64,000 nt of DNA from Daphnia carinata (taxonomy: Eukaryota). Each line of letters opens with the position of its first letter. The first letter of the stretch is position 1. The stretch is from the NCBI RefSeq assembly GCF_022539665.2, contig NC_081334.1, positions 1,240,001-1,304,000 on the forward strand, read 5' to 3'. Below, piece after piece: positions 29,213 through 42,677 of the stretch. Below the pieces are notes generated by a model. The model was not told where the DNA came from. It did not search any database and worked only from the letters and a program-made list of their open reading frames with translations. The position numbers were made by a program, and so were the translations under genes.

Positions 29213-31618
29213 GTAAGACCGTGCACGTATACTCGCAAAACATTGTCAAACAACGAAAGCCGGAAGGGCCTTCTTGAAAATGTGGTATTCAAGCATCTTG
29301 GAAAGCTCAAGAAGTTTGAAAAAGTAAAACGGGAAGGGGGGGGGGAGGACTTTGGAATTAGCTTGGCACATTGATGTTATCAGTCTACATAAACAGTTTA
29401 CCTTTTGGCCGTGTCACGGGCTTTGAAAGGCATCGTGAGCTGACCTGAAAGTTTACACAGTTCGTGCCAAGCTGTTGATGTAATCAAACCACGCTTCTCA
29501 AATATCGACACCAACAACAGCTAGCGAAGAGGATCGATGTTTTTTTCTTTTTGCCAACACTGTCTTTGACCCATATTTCGTCTATTTCACACAACAAAGG
29601 CCGCAAATGTCAATAGTTTCCTCTTTTAAATTTGAAAAAGTTATTATTCGTTCAAGTTTTCGCAACATACCTGATTTTCACTGTAATTTCAGTAGGGTTT
29701 GTGCGGGGCATGCCAAATCTTTTTGGACAAGTATTGATGGGTCTCTTGACATTTAGTCTACAACCACGTCTAGTTGCAAAAACTGTTTCTGGGGAGGGAC
29801 AAAGAAAACAGACAGTTCTTTATTATTATTTTTTGTTATCACGAACATCAGGGGCGTAGGCGACAGCTATTGTGTTTTTTTTTTTTTCTACCCAACAAGT
29901 CTTTCATCGCACGATGGATGACGTTGTACGGTGATTGAAACCATTTGATCATACTGCGCTAAGGATGAGTTAGCATCGATCTACATTCGCAATGGACCAG
30001 GACTAGGAATGAACATTCCACGTTGTGGATGAAGATTGGGGTTCCAAGTAGACTGTATAGAACGTGCCATCGATTTTTATCTGCATTTATTTGGTTCGAC
30101 ATAAAGAGTTGGAAAGCCGGTGGAGGCCTCCTCCCCCCCCTCAAAAAATGTTGTTGGATGTAGCCCTCACTGGCGCTGCTATTCATAGAACGGCCAGGCT
30201 GGTCGGCTCGAGAAGAAAAGGCGTGTGAAATTGAGAAAGACGTGTGAGAAAAGGAAGAAAAGAGGAGAAACAGAGCAACACGAAATGTAAACGTAAAAAA
30301 AGAGGAAGAAACATCAAGAGGAAAAAAAAGGGGGGAGGAGGGGATCTTAAGCTAACTTTGAGCTAGTTCACGACACTAACGGCGTATTTGAACGCAGACA
30401 GTGAGACTCAGTAAAAAGAAAATGATGCTAAATTATCCCCCCTCCGGAAACAAAGAGCGAGTGTTGCGTGATGTTGCTTCTTATGCGATTTGCATCGAGA
30501 CGAATAAGATAGAAGTAGAGCTGAAATCTGAAAAGGATGTTGAGAGCTTGTGAGGTGCCCGTGACGGTCAAGTTCCAGACATCAGAAAATCCTTTAATGC
30601 TATATACCTTTGCCAATATGTATGTGGGGAGAGAGAGCTGCTTGCCTACGCACACAGTGTGCACACCGCATCGGGACAGAAACTATTGATCCTCCTGTGC
30701 TACCTTCGCTTGACAGCATGCGTACATGCAGCAGACTACCTGCCCGTTTGCTTACCGCACGCCCCGCCTACCACTTCCATCAAAAATCCCATTTTTTGGG
30801 GGGGGAGGGCTTCCTCTTTGATAACAACCAGCCAACCTTTTTTTTCTTTCTCGGACAAAGCAAAAAATTAATGGGGGAAATGAGGTTGGAGCTGTTAGAA
30901 AAATAATCATAATGTGATGTAATCAAAATATGTCTTCGCCTTATTCTTCGTGCGATCGATAATCGTCATCATCACTGTCCCTGGCTCAACGACCTACTCA
31001 GCACCAGATGTTGATGAAAAGATCCTTTCTTTTGCCAGTTTTATTCCCGGCCCCCCCCCCCCCCATGTTTTAAAAAATCCATTTCATGAAATCTGACCAT
31101 ACAATGCAGTACGTTAGTTTCGGTGAGGCGTTTGAATCCCGATTTCCAACGTGCAGACACTGTAATGTTTGGACGATCGTGCACAGCCAATTGCGTCCGG
31201 AAGCGGAAATAGAGGCATATCAAGTTTCCGGGAAAACGATTCTTTTCGCACCGTCGTATCATCGCGTTCAGCCGGGCACAAATCAGCCCATATGGAACAA
31301 CTCGAAAAACGAAAAAAAAATGTGGGTTAAGATAAGAGATGCCAGCACGAGAGGATCGCCATAAAAGACTATCAGCCTGGACAAATGCCAAAAAGAGTTA
31401 CTTCGACATAGACTGACAGCGTCGATACAAAACGTCCTCCGCCTGCTGCCAAAACGCCTTTTAGCCCCCCGTACAATGAATGATCTTGACAATCCATTTC
31501 CAATTTGTTTGTTTGTTTTTTTCTTTAAATCAAATATGTACGATTTTCATTTATCTTTTCATTCAAGAGATGGACGTGCAATTGGCCGCTTGAATCGCAT
31601 ACGACAAGACGATTATCG

Positions 31619-34600
31619 ATGGCTTCGGTCGTCAGTGAGTCAATCAACGAGGGCACGCCGCAAATGAACATCACCGTCGAAACGGCCGATTCGGTTTACT
31701 TTATCCTGTCATCAGCATGGCGTGCGGGAAGAACTCAATGGCCGCAGACGGCCGCTGAGAAGGCCGCTGAAAAGAACGAATATTACAAAGCTTATGATCC
31801 CTTGACTGGGCTCAAAATTGCAGCCACTCTTTCAGGATTCTTGACGATGGCCGTCCTCTACGTTTTTTATAAGGTCAGTGACACATCGTTCTATACGTCC
31901 GTCACTCCGTTTTTTTTTTTTTTTTTATTGTGTTTTGTTTGTAATAGCGTCGTCACTGTTTCAAAACGCAAGCCGACACGCTATAACTGTTGTTCGGCCG
32001 GCTTTGCTAAAAACTCTTAGCGGCGCAAGACGTATCGACCCAGTAGTTTTCCATTGTTGAACTCATTTTTTAATGGATTAAAAACGTGTGCGCTTTGGTA
32101 TACAACTATCGACGTGTTATCCTGCAATCTGGAATTCCTACGAACGGCTTTTTAATATAACTGATGTGACTTAACTTGCCAATTCAACACTAGCCGTTAA
32201 TGTCAAAGAGTCACATCGAGCCCATCCTTCTTCTTGCCGTTTAAAGTTGAATGTGTTTCGTTCGTTCAAGGGGACGAAAAGTGGGAACCACGGCAAACGA
32301 ATGTATTTTAAAAGAAAATGCACAGGAAATGGTTTGCGCAAAAGGAATTTGATCAAATCACGAAATTTCAATCTCTTCATCTTATATGAGCAAGATGCCT
32401 GAAGGCGAAACTCCCTTGGATGCGTTCAGCATGGGCGACCGACAGGGACTCGACTCACGCTCAGTGAAAGTCTAAAGGACATATTGATTCAGCTGTCTAA
32501 ACGAACTGAAGCATAAACGACACATCTCAGCTTGTAATCTTGTCTGAGTGGTAGATGTTGTTGCATATTTGCCTATTTGTCCAAGTTTGAAAGAATGCAA
32601 AACTCTTTTATCGATCATTCCGTCACTGATAGTATCCTCAGATCAGGCTCACTTCTTCTAATTAAGGAAGATCCTCGAATGTTCCTATTTGATTTTGTCT
32701 TCTATTTTCGCCGTGTGTTGTTGCTCTAATTCAATTGTGATTCGCTTACATGACCGACTTGGTGTTCTTCCTTATATCGAATTAGGCAAAGTGCAAGAGG
32801 TTGAAATTCATGCGAAGCTCCAGCGATGAGGATTCGATAGTCATCGACCAGCCGGTGTCTCAGCCGCACTTACACGAGAGCAATCCAGGGCTAACGGCCG
32901 ACTCTTCGGCTTTCTACCAGGTCGAAGTGGAATGCGGCAGCCTTAACAAGTTTCAACATCATTGCGAATCGGGACGCGAAACGCCATCGGGCAGCATCGT
33001 GACATCGCAACAGCCAACACTGCATCAATCGACTGTGACAATCAAATCGTCTCAGCCTCAGTATTACACCGATGACAGTGAGATGCCAGCCTGGAAGATC
33101 TATGCCAAAGAGCTGTAAATAAAAACTATTTCCATATTGTAACGACTAAAAGTATATGGCATTAGTATTGGAAGCATGTTATATATATATATATGGGGAC
33201 GCATACGTTTTGTTTAGAATGAATGATACTTCTTGATTTATAAGTGCTGTTTATTATTTCCCAGATTTCTTTATGGAGGCTCGGGTTTATGGCGATCTGC
33301 CAGTCTCCAAAAAGGAAGTGATCCCGTTCTACTGGTGGCCCAGTCCTCTTTCGACGAGACGATCAATAGCCGCAGTCAACGGACTGGTAGTTTATCAGGT
33401 ACAATTTCATTCCTGCTTTTTAATGAGCTACCGGAATAAGACAATGACTCGTAAAGTCTTTCGAGACCTTCTGAAGGAAGCGTTTTTCTTCGGACAGAAA
33501 TGAAAATGATTGGGTCCATAAGGGTTAGATGCTTGCGCAGCGCAATCTAGAACATCAGCGATGATGTAAGAGTGTCTATCAAAGCGCACTATAGCCATAC
33601 GTTGCAAAGATTTATGATCGGCACAAACTTCGGTAAAAAAAAAGCGATAACAAATAGACTCAAAGACAACTTGATTTATATTGATTGGACTAGTAGGCTA
33701 TTAGTACGTGGGAGGAAGGGCAAAATGTCTACACGAAGTCGTTCCGTATAGCCTTGTGTTATTATTGATCCAAAGTTTATGGCTGAAGAGGGGTGTTGCA
33801 TCAGCCATATACTGTGCACAAACTATGTACGCGTGCCACCACCGAGAGGAATCTATATGAACTGAGCTTTGTTCATTGTTGTTGTAGCATGTAAAACGTT
33901 TGTTATAACATTGACATAGGAAAGAAAAAAACTATTTCGGAAGAAAAGAGAAAGAGCCATTTTGCTTTGGCTGTTGCGCGTATTCCGAAAATAGTCGTAC
34001 GATTTATTGCGACCTCAATGCTTCCCTGGACAGGGGTCGAAACGCTCGTAAACATACCGGAAGTTTTATTAACGATTACAATGCTCCACTGTACATTCGA
34101 TTTCGTTGTAGAAAAAAAGAATAAAACGAAGCAATAAAAATGGATCTAATGGATCGTATCTAACACGCAAAGTACCCATATTTATGCGAACGTGAGGCGC
34201 CATCATCATCTTTCATTCAAGTGTCACATCTTCATAGATAGAGTTCAATCATCACAATCGATTGTGTATTACCCCTTCTGTGTTTGGAAAAAGGTTCCGT
34301 GATGGGTGGATTGGGTATTTATCGGTGCGATTCTCGTAAGCCATCGTCCGTATGCGCCTACCCGACGCGCAACAGCCAGTCACGCTTGCAAGTGCCGAAC
34401 GTGCAAGCGAAAACGGCGTGCGTGTCGCATCTGCATCGCCAACGTTCGTTGAATCGTCCAGATTGCAGCCGCCATGACGATGGAATGGCTGGTCGTGACC
34501 AACAGCTGCAAAGTCCGTTCAACAAAAAGAACCTACCTGGACGGTCGGTTTCGTTCCGTGAAAGCGACATGACCAACTACAGCCGAAGTAAGCGCGTTGC

Positions 34601-35723
34601 ACGCAGCCGACCGGGATCGTTGCACAACAATCGGCCCGATTACAGCCGCCTGAGGAGCGGCAGTTGCAGTAACGCCGAAACGGGCCATTTGCGGCCCGAT
34701 ACTCTTCCAGTGGGCCATCGCAGATCGTTTCGAACGCCGTCCAGGCAGCCGTCGATTCGAGAGAACCGCCGCCATGTCATTACGCCTAGCACGTCGGTTG
34801 ACATCCCGATACCATCCCTACCACCGCCATCGCCGCGTTCACGTTTAGCCGTCGTGCATCGCATTCACATCCAGCAGCCGGAAGATTCCAAGAATAAATC
34901 GACGTATTGCCGTTCGGCTTCGCTGACCAGTGAGCCTCTCTCTCGCGGATGGCGATCATCGATAGCTAAGATGATCAGGGCGAAGAGCACGAGTGGCCAT
35001 TCGGTTAGATCCAACGGCGAACGGACCGAATGTTCGTCGCCGAAGAACCGCCACAATCGAAATCAAAGCAGCCTGGCGGAAACGGGCCTGGCCGGCACGA
35101 ACCAGGAGGAGCGTGATAACTCTCAACGCGAAGGACACATCGATATTTGCGTGATCCAGGCAACGCCGGCAGCTTCGCCTTGCACGAGCATCCGCAGCAC
35201 GTTCAGTGGCGATAGTTTGGACTCTTCGACGGCCAAGAACATCCCAGCTTATTCGAGTTTCCAGCCGGCGGCCGTCATGTCGGTGCGCGATCGTCGAAAG
35301 TGTTTCGCTCGCATGAAGGGCCAAACAATCGATCACGACAATGCGTTGGCGATCGACACGTCTCTCTTAGCTCCCCCAATGATTGAGTACAACGTTGGCC
35401 TCAGTCCGTCTTCGCTCTTGTCTTACCCGTTGGCCGATTTACGTTCGCATCGCTCCAGTAGTCCGGCCCGCCCTTCAGCTTCCACTTGGCTCCAAGTGTT
35501 CAACGAAGAGCGGAATCCGTTGAACTGCCATCCGCCGATTAAGAGACCAGCTGTCGTTGGTACCTGCAAATCGCGAGCATCGACGGTAGCTGGAGAACAC
35601 CTGGGCCAGCTTCCACCAAGGGTGGAAGGTGAAGCTGTGAAATGCAGTCGGCCGACTAGTCAAGTTTCGAATGCAAGTCCGACCTACCAAACGACCCAAC
35701 AGAGCACTCAATTTCCATTTTGA
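31619..35723 (+). CDS. Uncharacterised single-pass membrane protein with a long Ser/Arg/Pro-rich disordered tail (~715 aa)
   Basis: Exons 31619-31873, 32786-33114, 33265-33398, 34294-35723 join in frame (phases 0, 2, 1); the last exon alone is a 1.4-kb ORF. One TM (IAATLSGFLTMAVLYVFY) is followed by basic KAKCKRLK. No signal peptide. The start may be Met 31619 or 31664. Confidence 0.78.
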
Positions 35724-36368
35724 ATGTCACATAACGTGTCGGTTTACATAGACTCGATGCAGTCAGTATATATCTATCTTTGACGACGCAAAGTTATGGA
35801 ACGGAGAACGAGATGATGAATGTTTCCACTCTTGGATTTTCATATAGGTGCACTCAACTTATAGCAATGTGATAAGGTAAAATGCCAACCTTTTAGGCCT
35901 GACTAGCGGTTCAATGAATGTTTGAAAGGAACTATATATGTGTGGTTTCTTGTTATAACTATTACAATTTGTAAAAGGGCAAATTCAAACAAACAAAACA
36001 ATGTGTACCGTAATTGATATGCACGTCATCGTGTCTCATTAATGATAAGTCAACCAATGTTTTCATTTGATTTTTGTTTTCACCCGATACATGTGTGCGT
36101 TTTTTTTTTGTTTCCATACTGACCTGGACAGTGTTTGAATAATTGGATCATTTCCTGTAGCAATACATGTAATACATCCAGGTTCATGGGTCAACATTCA
36201 GTTTTCAGAATGCTTGTGAGTAGGGTATTGCCTTTTGGAATAGTAATGGAGAAAATCGTATACAATGAAAATACATAATAGCCACCCTTTGAGTTCACAT
36301 AACTCAAGAACTATACAAATACCGCGTAAAAATAAAATCCATTTTCATGATCATCGTTGAATTTGGCA

Positions 36369-37275
36369 TCTAAATCGTGTATACAACTACAACTAGATTA
36401 TTATTTCTTTAAATGAATGAAATGAGCGAAAAGTCGGGCTTATTTTGATGGGCTTGTGTTGTCGGGCTTATTTTTTAAGCCCGGTTTTTTTCGGGCTTAA
36501 AATTTTGACTTGGAACCCCGATGAAACCAATACCTGTGGTCATCAAATTTGAACGCCAGAGCCGAATAAAATATTAGTTTCGCTGTTGGTTGCGCATTTT
36601 TCGAATTAAACGTAAGACAAATGTTTTTAACGTAGCCACTTTTGAATAACTCAAAAACTATGAGCCCCACGAAAAAATAAAGTTGAATTTCGTGACTCTC
36701 ATGCTAAATTCATGTGTATTTCCAAGTAAAACATAATTTTTGAAATAATTTTTGGAATGTACAAAAAGTCGGTCTGATTTTGGCGGGCCTAGGTTTAAAA
36801 AAATAAGCCCGACATTATTTTGTCGGGCTTATTTTTTTTAACCTGATCTTTTCGGGTTCAAAATTTTGACTTGGATTCCTACGAAAACAAAACCTGTTAT
36901 AATCAAATTTGAACGCCAGTGCCTAAGAAAATATTAGTTTCGCTGTTAGTTGCGCAGTTTTCGAATTACACGGAAAATAAATGTGTGTAACGTTACCCAC
37001 TTTGAATTTCGAATAACTTAAAAACTATGAGCCCTTCATAAAAAAAATGGAGCTGATTTCCGTGATCCTCGTTCAATTTCGTGACTAATTCGTGTGCATT
37101 TCTACGTAAAACATAATTTTTGAAATAATTTTGGGAATATACCAAAAGTCGGGCTTATTTTGTTGGGCTTATTTTGTCGGGCTTATTTTTTAAGCCTGAT
37201 TTTTTTCGGGCTCAAAATTTTGACTTGGATTTCGATGAAATCAAAACCTGTTATCATCAAATTTGAATGTAAATG
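36369..37275. mobile_element. Non-autonomous repeat element, family A copy 1 (possibly Helitron-like), ~2.5 tandem ~355-bp units
   Basis: Unit anchor AATTTTGACTTGGA at 36501, 36862 and 37216, with spacers made of GTCGGGCTTATTTT motifs. Homologous to 38460-39258, and both copies begin at A|TCTAAATCGTGTATAC. No ORF. The repeat is directly visible; the class is inferred. Confidence 0.7.
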
Positions 37276-38047
37276 CCTTTTTTTTGTTTAATTCAGAAAC
37301 CATAAGGCCGATTAAGAAATAAGCTGTATATTCGTGATAAGCATTCCATTCTGCATTGAAATCATGTATTTTAAGCCAAATTTGAAATTTGGCCAAAAAT
37401 GAAAAAGTAGGAAGGCTATAGCCTTCTCACTTTTTCAATTTTCGTCAAATTCTAGATTTGGTTAAAAATACATTATTTTGATAGAAAATTGATCGTTGAT
37501 CACGAAAATCTGGTATATTTTTAAATTGGGCTTATGATTTTGAATTAACCGTAAAAAAACTAAGGACTAGGACAAAATTTTAAGCCCGAAAAAATAAGCC
37601 CGGCCTTCTGTTTTTTTTGTTTAATTCAAAAACTATAAGGCCGATTAAGAAATAAGCTATATATTCGTGATAAGCATTCCATTCTGCATTGAAATCATGT
37701 ATTTTAAGCCAAATTTGAAATTTGGCCAAAAATGAAAAAGTAGGAAGGCTATAGCCTTCTTACTTTTTCAATTTTCGTCAAATTCTAGGTTTGATTGAAA
37801 ATACATTATTTTGATTCAAAATTGATCGCTGATTGCGAAAATCTGGTATATTTTTATATTGGGCTTGTAGATTTTGAATTAACCGTAAAAAACTAAGGAC
37901 TAGGACAAAATTTTAAGCCCGACAAAATAAGCCCGGCCTTCTGTTTTTTTTGTTTAATTCAAAAACTATAAGGCCAATTAAGAAATAAACTTTAGATTCG
38001 TGATTAGCATTCCATTCTGCATTGAAATCATGTATATTAAGCCAAAC
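37276..38047. repeat. Tandem array of 333-bp units (~2.3 copies), each an imperfect ~260-bp palindrome
   Basis: Units start at about 37288, 37621 and 37954. Palindrome centres GAAGGCTA|TAGCCTTC at 37418/37419 and 37751/37752; the arms of 37621-37882 are ~131 bp each. Confidence 0.9.
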
Positions 38048-38459
38048 GAAAACAACAACAACAACAAAATGGAGCGCACGCCAAGTGTTGGAGGAGAGAG
38101 AAAGTGAAAAAGAACGTTGGGCATTAATAAAAACAATAACTACGCGGCAGTTGTTTCCAATCTTCAACGTGTGTGACGTCAAAACCTCCATCCACGTTAT
38201 CTTCCTTTTTCTTTTTCTTCCTACAACCCACAGCCGATTCCCACCGGGAAAGAAAAAAAAAAAAAGCTGGAACGAAGTCAGTAGCAGTCATGTGTTGTGT
38301 AGCAGCTCGGTGGATCGGTAGTGTCCCTCCACTTGATATCTAGACGTGAAGCAGGTATATTTGTGTACACAGCTATAGGCTATACACGAAGACGGACAAG
38401 GCAAGAAAAGGGATGGTGTGGGATTCCTCTTCAGATTTTCTCCCTCCACTATTTTCGTA

Positions 38460-39258
38460 TCTAAATCGTGTATACAGCTACAGCTAGATCATTATTTTTT
38501 TTAATGAATGAAATGAGCGAAAAGACGTGTTTAATTTGTTGGGCTTGTGTTGTCGGGCTTATTTTTTAAGCCCGACTTTCTCGGGCTTAAAATTTTGACT
38601 TGGAATCCCTATGAAACCAATACCTGTTGCAATCAAATTTGAACGCGAGAGCCGAAAGAAATATTAGTTTCGCTGTTAGTTGCGCAGTTTTCGAATCTAA
38701 GTCAAATAATTTTAACGTAACCACTTAGAATTTTGAATAACTCATGTGCCCCCCCCCCCCGAAAAAATAAGCCCGACATTTTTTTGTCGGGCTTATTTTG
38801 TCGGGCCTAGGTTAAAAAAAAATAAGGCCGACATTATTTTGTCGGGCCTAGGTTTAAAAAAATAAGGCCGACATTATTTTGTCGGGCTTATTTTTTAAAC
38901 CTGATTTTTTCGGGTTCAAAGTTTTAACTTCGATTCCTATAAAACCAAAACCTGTTGTAATCAAATTTGAACGCCAGTGACGAATAAAACATAGTTTTGC
39001 AGTTAGTTGCGCAGTTTTCGAATTAAACGGAAAACAAATGTGTGGAACGTTACCCACTTTGAATTTCGAATAACTCAAAAACTATGAGCGCTACAAAAAA
39101 AAGGTGCTTAATTTGGTGATCCCCGTTCATTTTCTTGACTAATTCGTGTGTATTTCTAAGTAAAACATAATTTTTGAAATAATTTTGGGAATGTACGAAA
39201 AGCCGGGCTTATTTTGTCGGGCTTAACATTTTCAATTTGGAATTTTCACAAGACCTAC
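38460..39258. mobile_element. Non-autonomous repeat element, family A copy 2
   Basis: Colinear with 36369 onward. Two units (anchors ~38591 and ~38920) are separated by ~40-bp GTCGGG...CCGAC hairpin repeats at 38764-38895. Confidence 0.7.
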
Positions 39259-39384
39259 GGTCAAATTGATTAATAATGTTTTGTGGAGCTGAATCTATTA
39301 GAGTATATATATTTCGTTATTTTTTTCGTGGGAAGCATTGATTTTTGTTGATATTTCAATAGTTCAACTCGGCTGGTAAAACAT

Positions 39385-42300
39385 TCATGCCCACATTAGT
39401 CTAGTGACGTTGCACGCGTTGTCAGTATCGTTCGTCATGGTAGAGTTGGCCCACGCCGGGAAATCTTTGCTGTTGAAAATCACATTTCCCCACGTCTCCA
39501 TCAATACGCAAATGACAATGACGCAAACGAGGTTCATGAACCAACCGGCTTTCATCTGTCGAAAATCACGTTCAAATCGCAATCAGTTTAATTATACGTA
39601 AACGTTAAACGCCTTGATTTTGGCAATTGCATCTTTTATGCGTACCATTTCGACTGGATTCATTTTGGCTGCGGAGAACACGATCGCGTTGGGAGGCGTG
39701 GCCACGGGTAGCATAAACGCGTAAGAACTACACGTAGAATATTATGGATTCAAATGAAACTATGCACTTGCGATAATATTCTCTAAAAAAAAAAATAAAA
39801 TAAAAGTTTACTTTCCCTTACCAAGTAACTGTCGCCGGCACCATCAAGTACAAAGGATTTACACCGATCGATACGGCCTGCGTGTGTCCAAAGAAATTCG
39901 ATCAATTGCGAATAACATTAGCGAATTATGCACAAGAGGCAAACTTTCAGAATATGTATACCGTGTCTGCTAAGATGGGAAGGAGAATGTTGGCCGTGGC
40001 AGTGTTAGACGCAACTTCCGTTATGGTGGCCGTGATTATGCAGATGATTAACATGATGACGAACGGAGGAAGAACGGACAAACCGGTCAATTGTTGCCCA
40101 ATCCAGTCCGATAATCCTGATTCTTTCGTGGCGTCAGACAATGCAAATCCACCACCTATAAAAGAATAGAAATCAATAGGAACTCGGATCATTTGCGGTT
40201 TTAATGAGGATGTAAATCCATTTTTCAACAACCAATGGAATAAATAATGAAAGCATTAACACAAAAAAAAAAAGTACCTAGAAGAAGGACAATGCCCCAC
40301 GGTAGCCTATCTTGAACGTATTTCCAGTCGAGAAGGGCAGGGCTAGGCTTCTCCGGTCCGCTTTCTGACGACATTAAAGTCAGCGAGATAGCGCGTTGTT
40401 GAAAAAAAAAAAAAGTAAAAGCGACAGTTTGTAAATCAAGTGTTTGAAACACAAAAGGGTGTGACCAATGGCCAAATATAACACACCTCCTTTCGGACGT
40501 AAACACCAAAAGGCAGGCTTGGCAGGAATGCTGAACAAAAACAGAACTATAATCATAACGGCTGTAGCGTCATCGACGTGCGCGTCCTCAATGAAATGCG
40601 CCCAGCCGGGCACAAAACCAGGGTCGCGGAAAAACCACAGCATAACGCAGATGATGAACAGGACGAGCACGGCTGCTTCGTGGAACGACATAGGGCCAAG
40701 ATCTTTGAATTTTTTGCGGATCATTTTTCTCACCTCCTTCTCCCGCTCCGCATCGGTGCTGTACATGCAAAACGCAATCAGAAAAAAATGATGATGTAAC
40801 CTCTAATTTGCATGCATGTTTTTTTTTAATGAATTGTTATGCAATCAGATTATACTTGTTGTTTGTGAATCCAATGAAAAGAAATTGTATCCATAACCAA
40901 GCGAAGAACAGGTTAATAATGACGCCGGGAATATTGAACGCCATCCAGCTGGCGAAATTCAATTCCGTCGTACCGAAAGTTCTGTTTTGCAAACCAAAAG
41001 AGATGGGTGTTAACATATATATGATAATAATGGGCATTATCGATTGGCTTGCGCATTATTCAAACCCAATCAGTTGACCTACTCTTGCAAGATGCCTTTC
41101 AGCGCTAATTGGGGAGATGATCCGATCAAAGATCCAGTTCCACCGATATTCGAGGCATAAGCTACAGAATAAAACAAAATGAGCAATTAACTATCTATTG
41201 AGATATATATACTGTATATAGCTTAAGGACTAACCTATGGACATCATCACGCCTACGCGCATTTTCCTTCTCGCTTCCTTCTCGGCTGCTATCGACGCTG
41301 GAGATAAAGACGCTACTTTCTGATGAACGTCTTTGGTTTCCAGCGGACCGGGCACAAGTTCTTGAACGCTGTCGCTGGATATGGCAAGCGTGACGTGCGA
41401 AGATCCACGGGATTCCTCCTTGTCATCATCCTGTTATCGAAAATGCAATGAAAAACATTAGAAACTGTCCCACTTTCATTTCTTTAGTGAACAGTACCTT
41501 GTACAATTCGGAGACGACGGCTTCTACGATGGGAACCATCATGGCGGTGGTGGCCGTGTTGGAGATCCACATGGACAGAAAGGCTGTCGTTGCCATGAAA
41601 CCCACCATCAACCTATAGGCCAGCAGGTGAATATTATTGTGTTCACATAAGTGTTAAAGCGTGTGCTCTTCATTGAACAAACGAGAGACCCATAGGCCTT
41701 AAACTCATTTTGAAAACTAAGACCAAGAGCTTCATGATTCATTGTGGATGTCAAAACTAAAGTGAAGTGTGACTGTCTCGAACAGGAGATGATGATAAAG
41801 CGACAAGGTAAACGTGTCACCAGTCACTGTTAACAATCTTTTTTTGAAATGATGATTATGACAGCTGTCCTTTTGCTGAAGATCACGATCTGAACCTAGT
41901 ATCATGTACGACCATCGATTACGATGAGTGACGTTTTGACAAACGTCTGAAAATGTCGTGATAAAAAAAAAAATAAACATGTTCAAGAAAAACCCTGAAT
42001 TAGTAGACACGAAGGTCGGCTATGTGTAATGAGTAGACAAAATCAGCATAGTTAATAGCTGTATACTCTTAAGTATGTATGGGATGTTGCATAAACGTCT
42101 TACCATCTTGGTTTAGCACCGACCAGTAGCAGCACGGCCAAAGCCACTCGTTTGTGCAAATTGCAAAACTCAATTCCCAGAGCCAGGATGAGTCCTCCGA
42201 TGAACATCATGTTCGTTTCCTATGCAGATTTTGAAATGTCGAGAACGTGTCATAATTATGTTTCACAGTAACTAACTCAAATCCGATATGTCACGTTCGT

Positions 42301-42677
42301 TTAGCAACAGCAAAATGTAAAAAAAAAAAAAAACAGGAATAAGAGATGGATAGTACCTTCATGTAAGCTGTGCAAACTGTGCCCGTGTCCAAAATGCCAA
42401 AGAGGGGGAAAGCAACGACCGGAATCAAGCTCGTAATTGGAAGTGGCAATGCTTCCGTCATCCAGTAAATGGCCATGATCAAAATGATGTATCCACATGA
42501 TGCTTCCTGGCATATCCATCAATCAAATCGTGTTTAATCGAAAATGGCGACAATCAAATGAATTACCTTCGTTCCCGATATAACAGGTAGTGGCAACAGT
42601 AACAAGGGAACAGATACAACAATGATGGATTTCCAATAAGGGAAAATATGATTACGGAAGAGTTTTAACATTTTCAT
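39385..42677 (-). CDS. Indy: SLC13-family di/tricarboxylate (citrate) transporter, Indy-like (~584 aa)
   Basis: 13 exons in frame: 42677-42567, 42506-42357, 42219-42104, 41612-41498, 41430-41235, 41161-41083, 40981-40856, 40758-40487, 40364-40278, 40155-39962, 39877-39822, 39727-39646, 39555-39385. Signature motifs [69 protein letters not shown]. Confidence 0.95.

Noticed and set aside
31086..31364. 92-aa ATG-initiated ORF upstream of the single-pass protein gene
   Set aside because: No recognisable homology and no splice link; it lies in a presumed intron.
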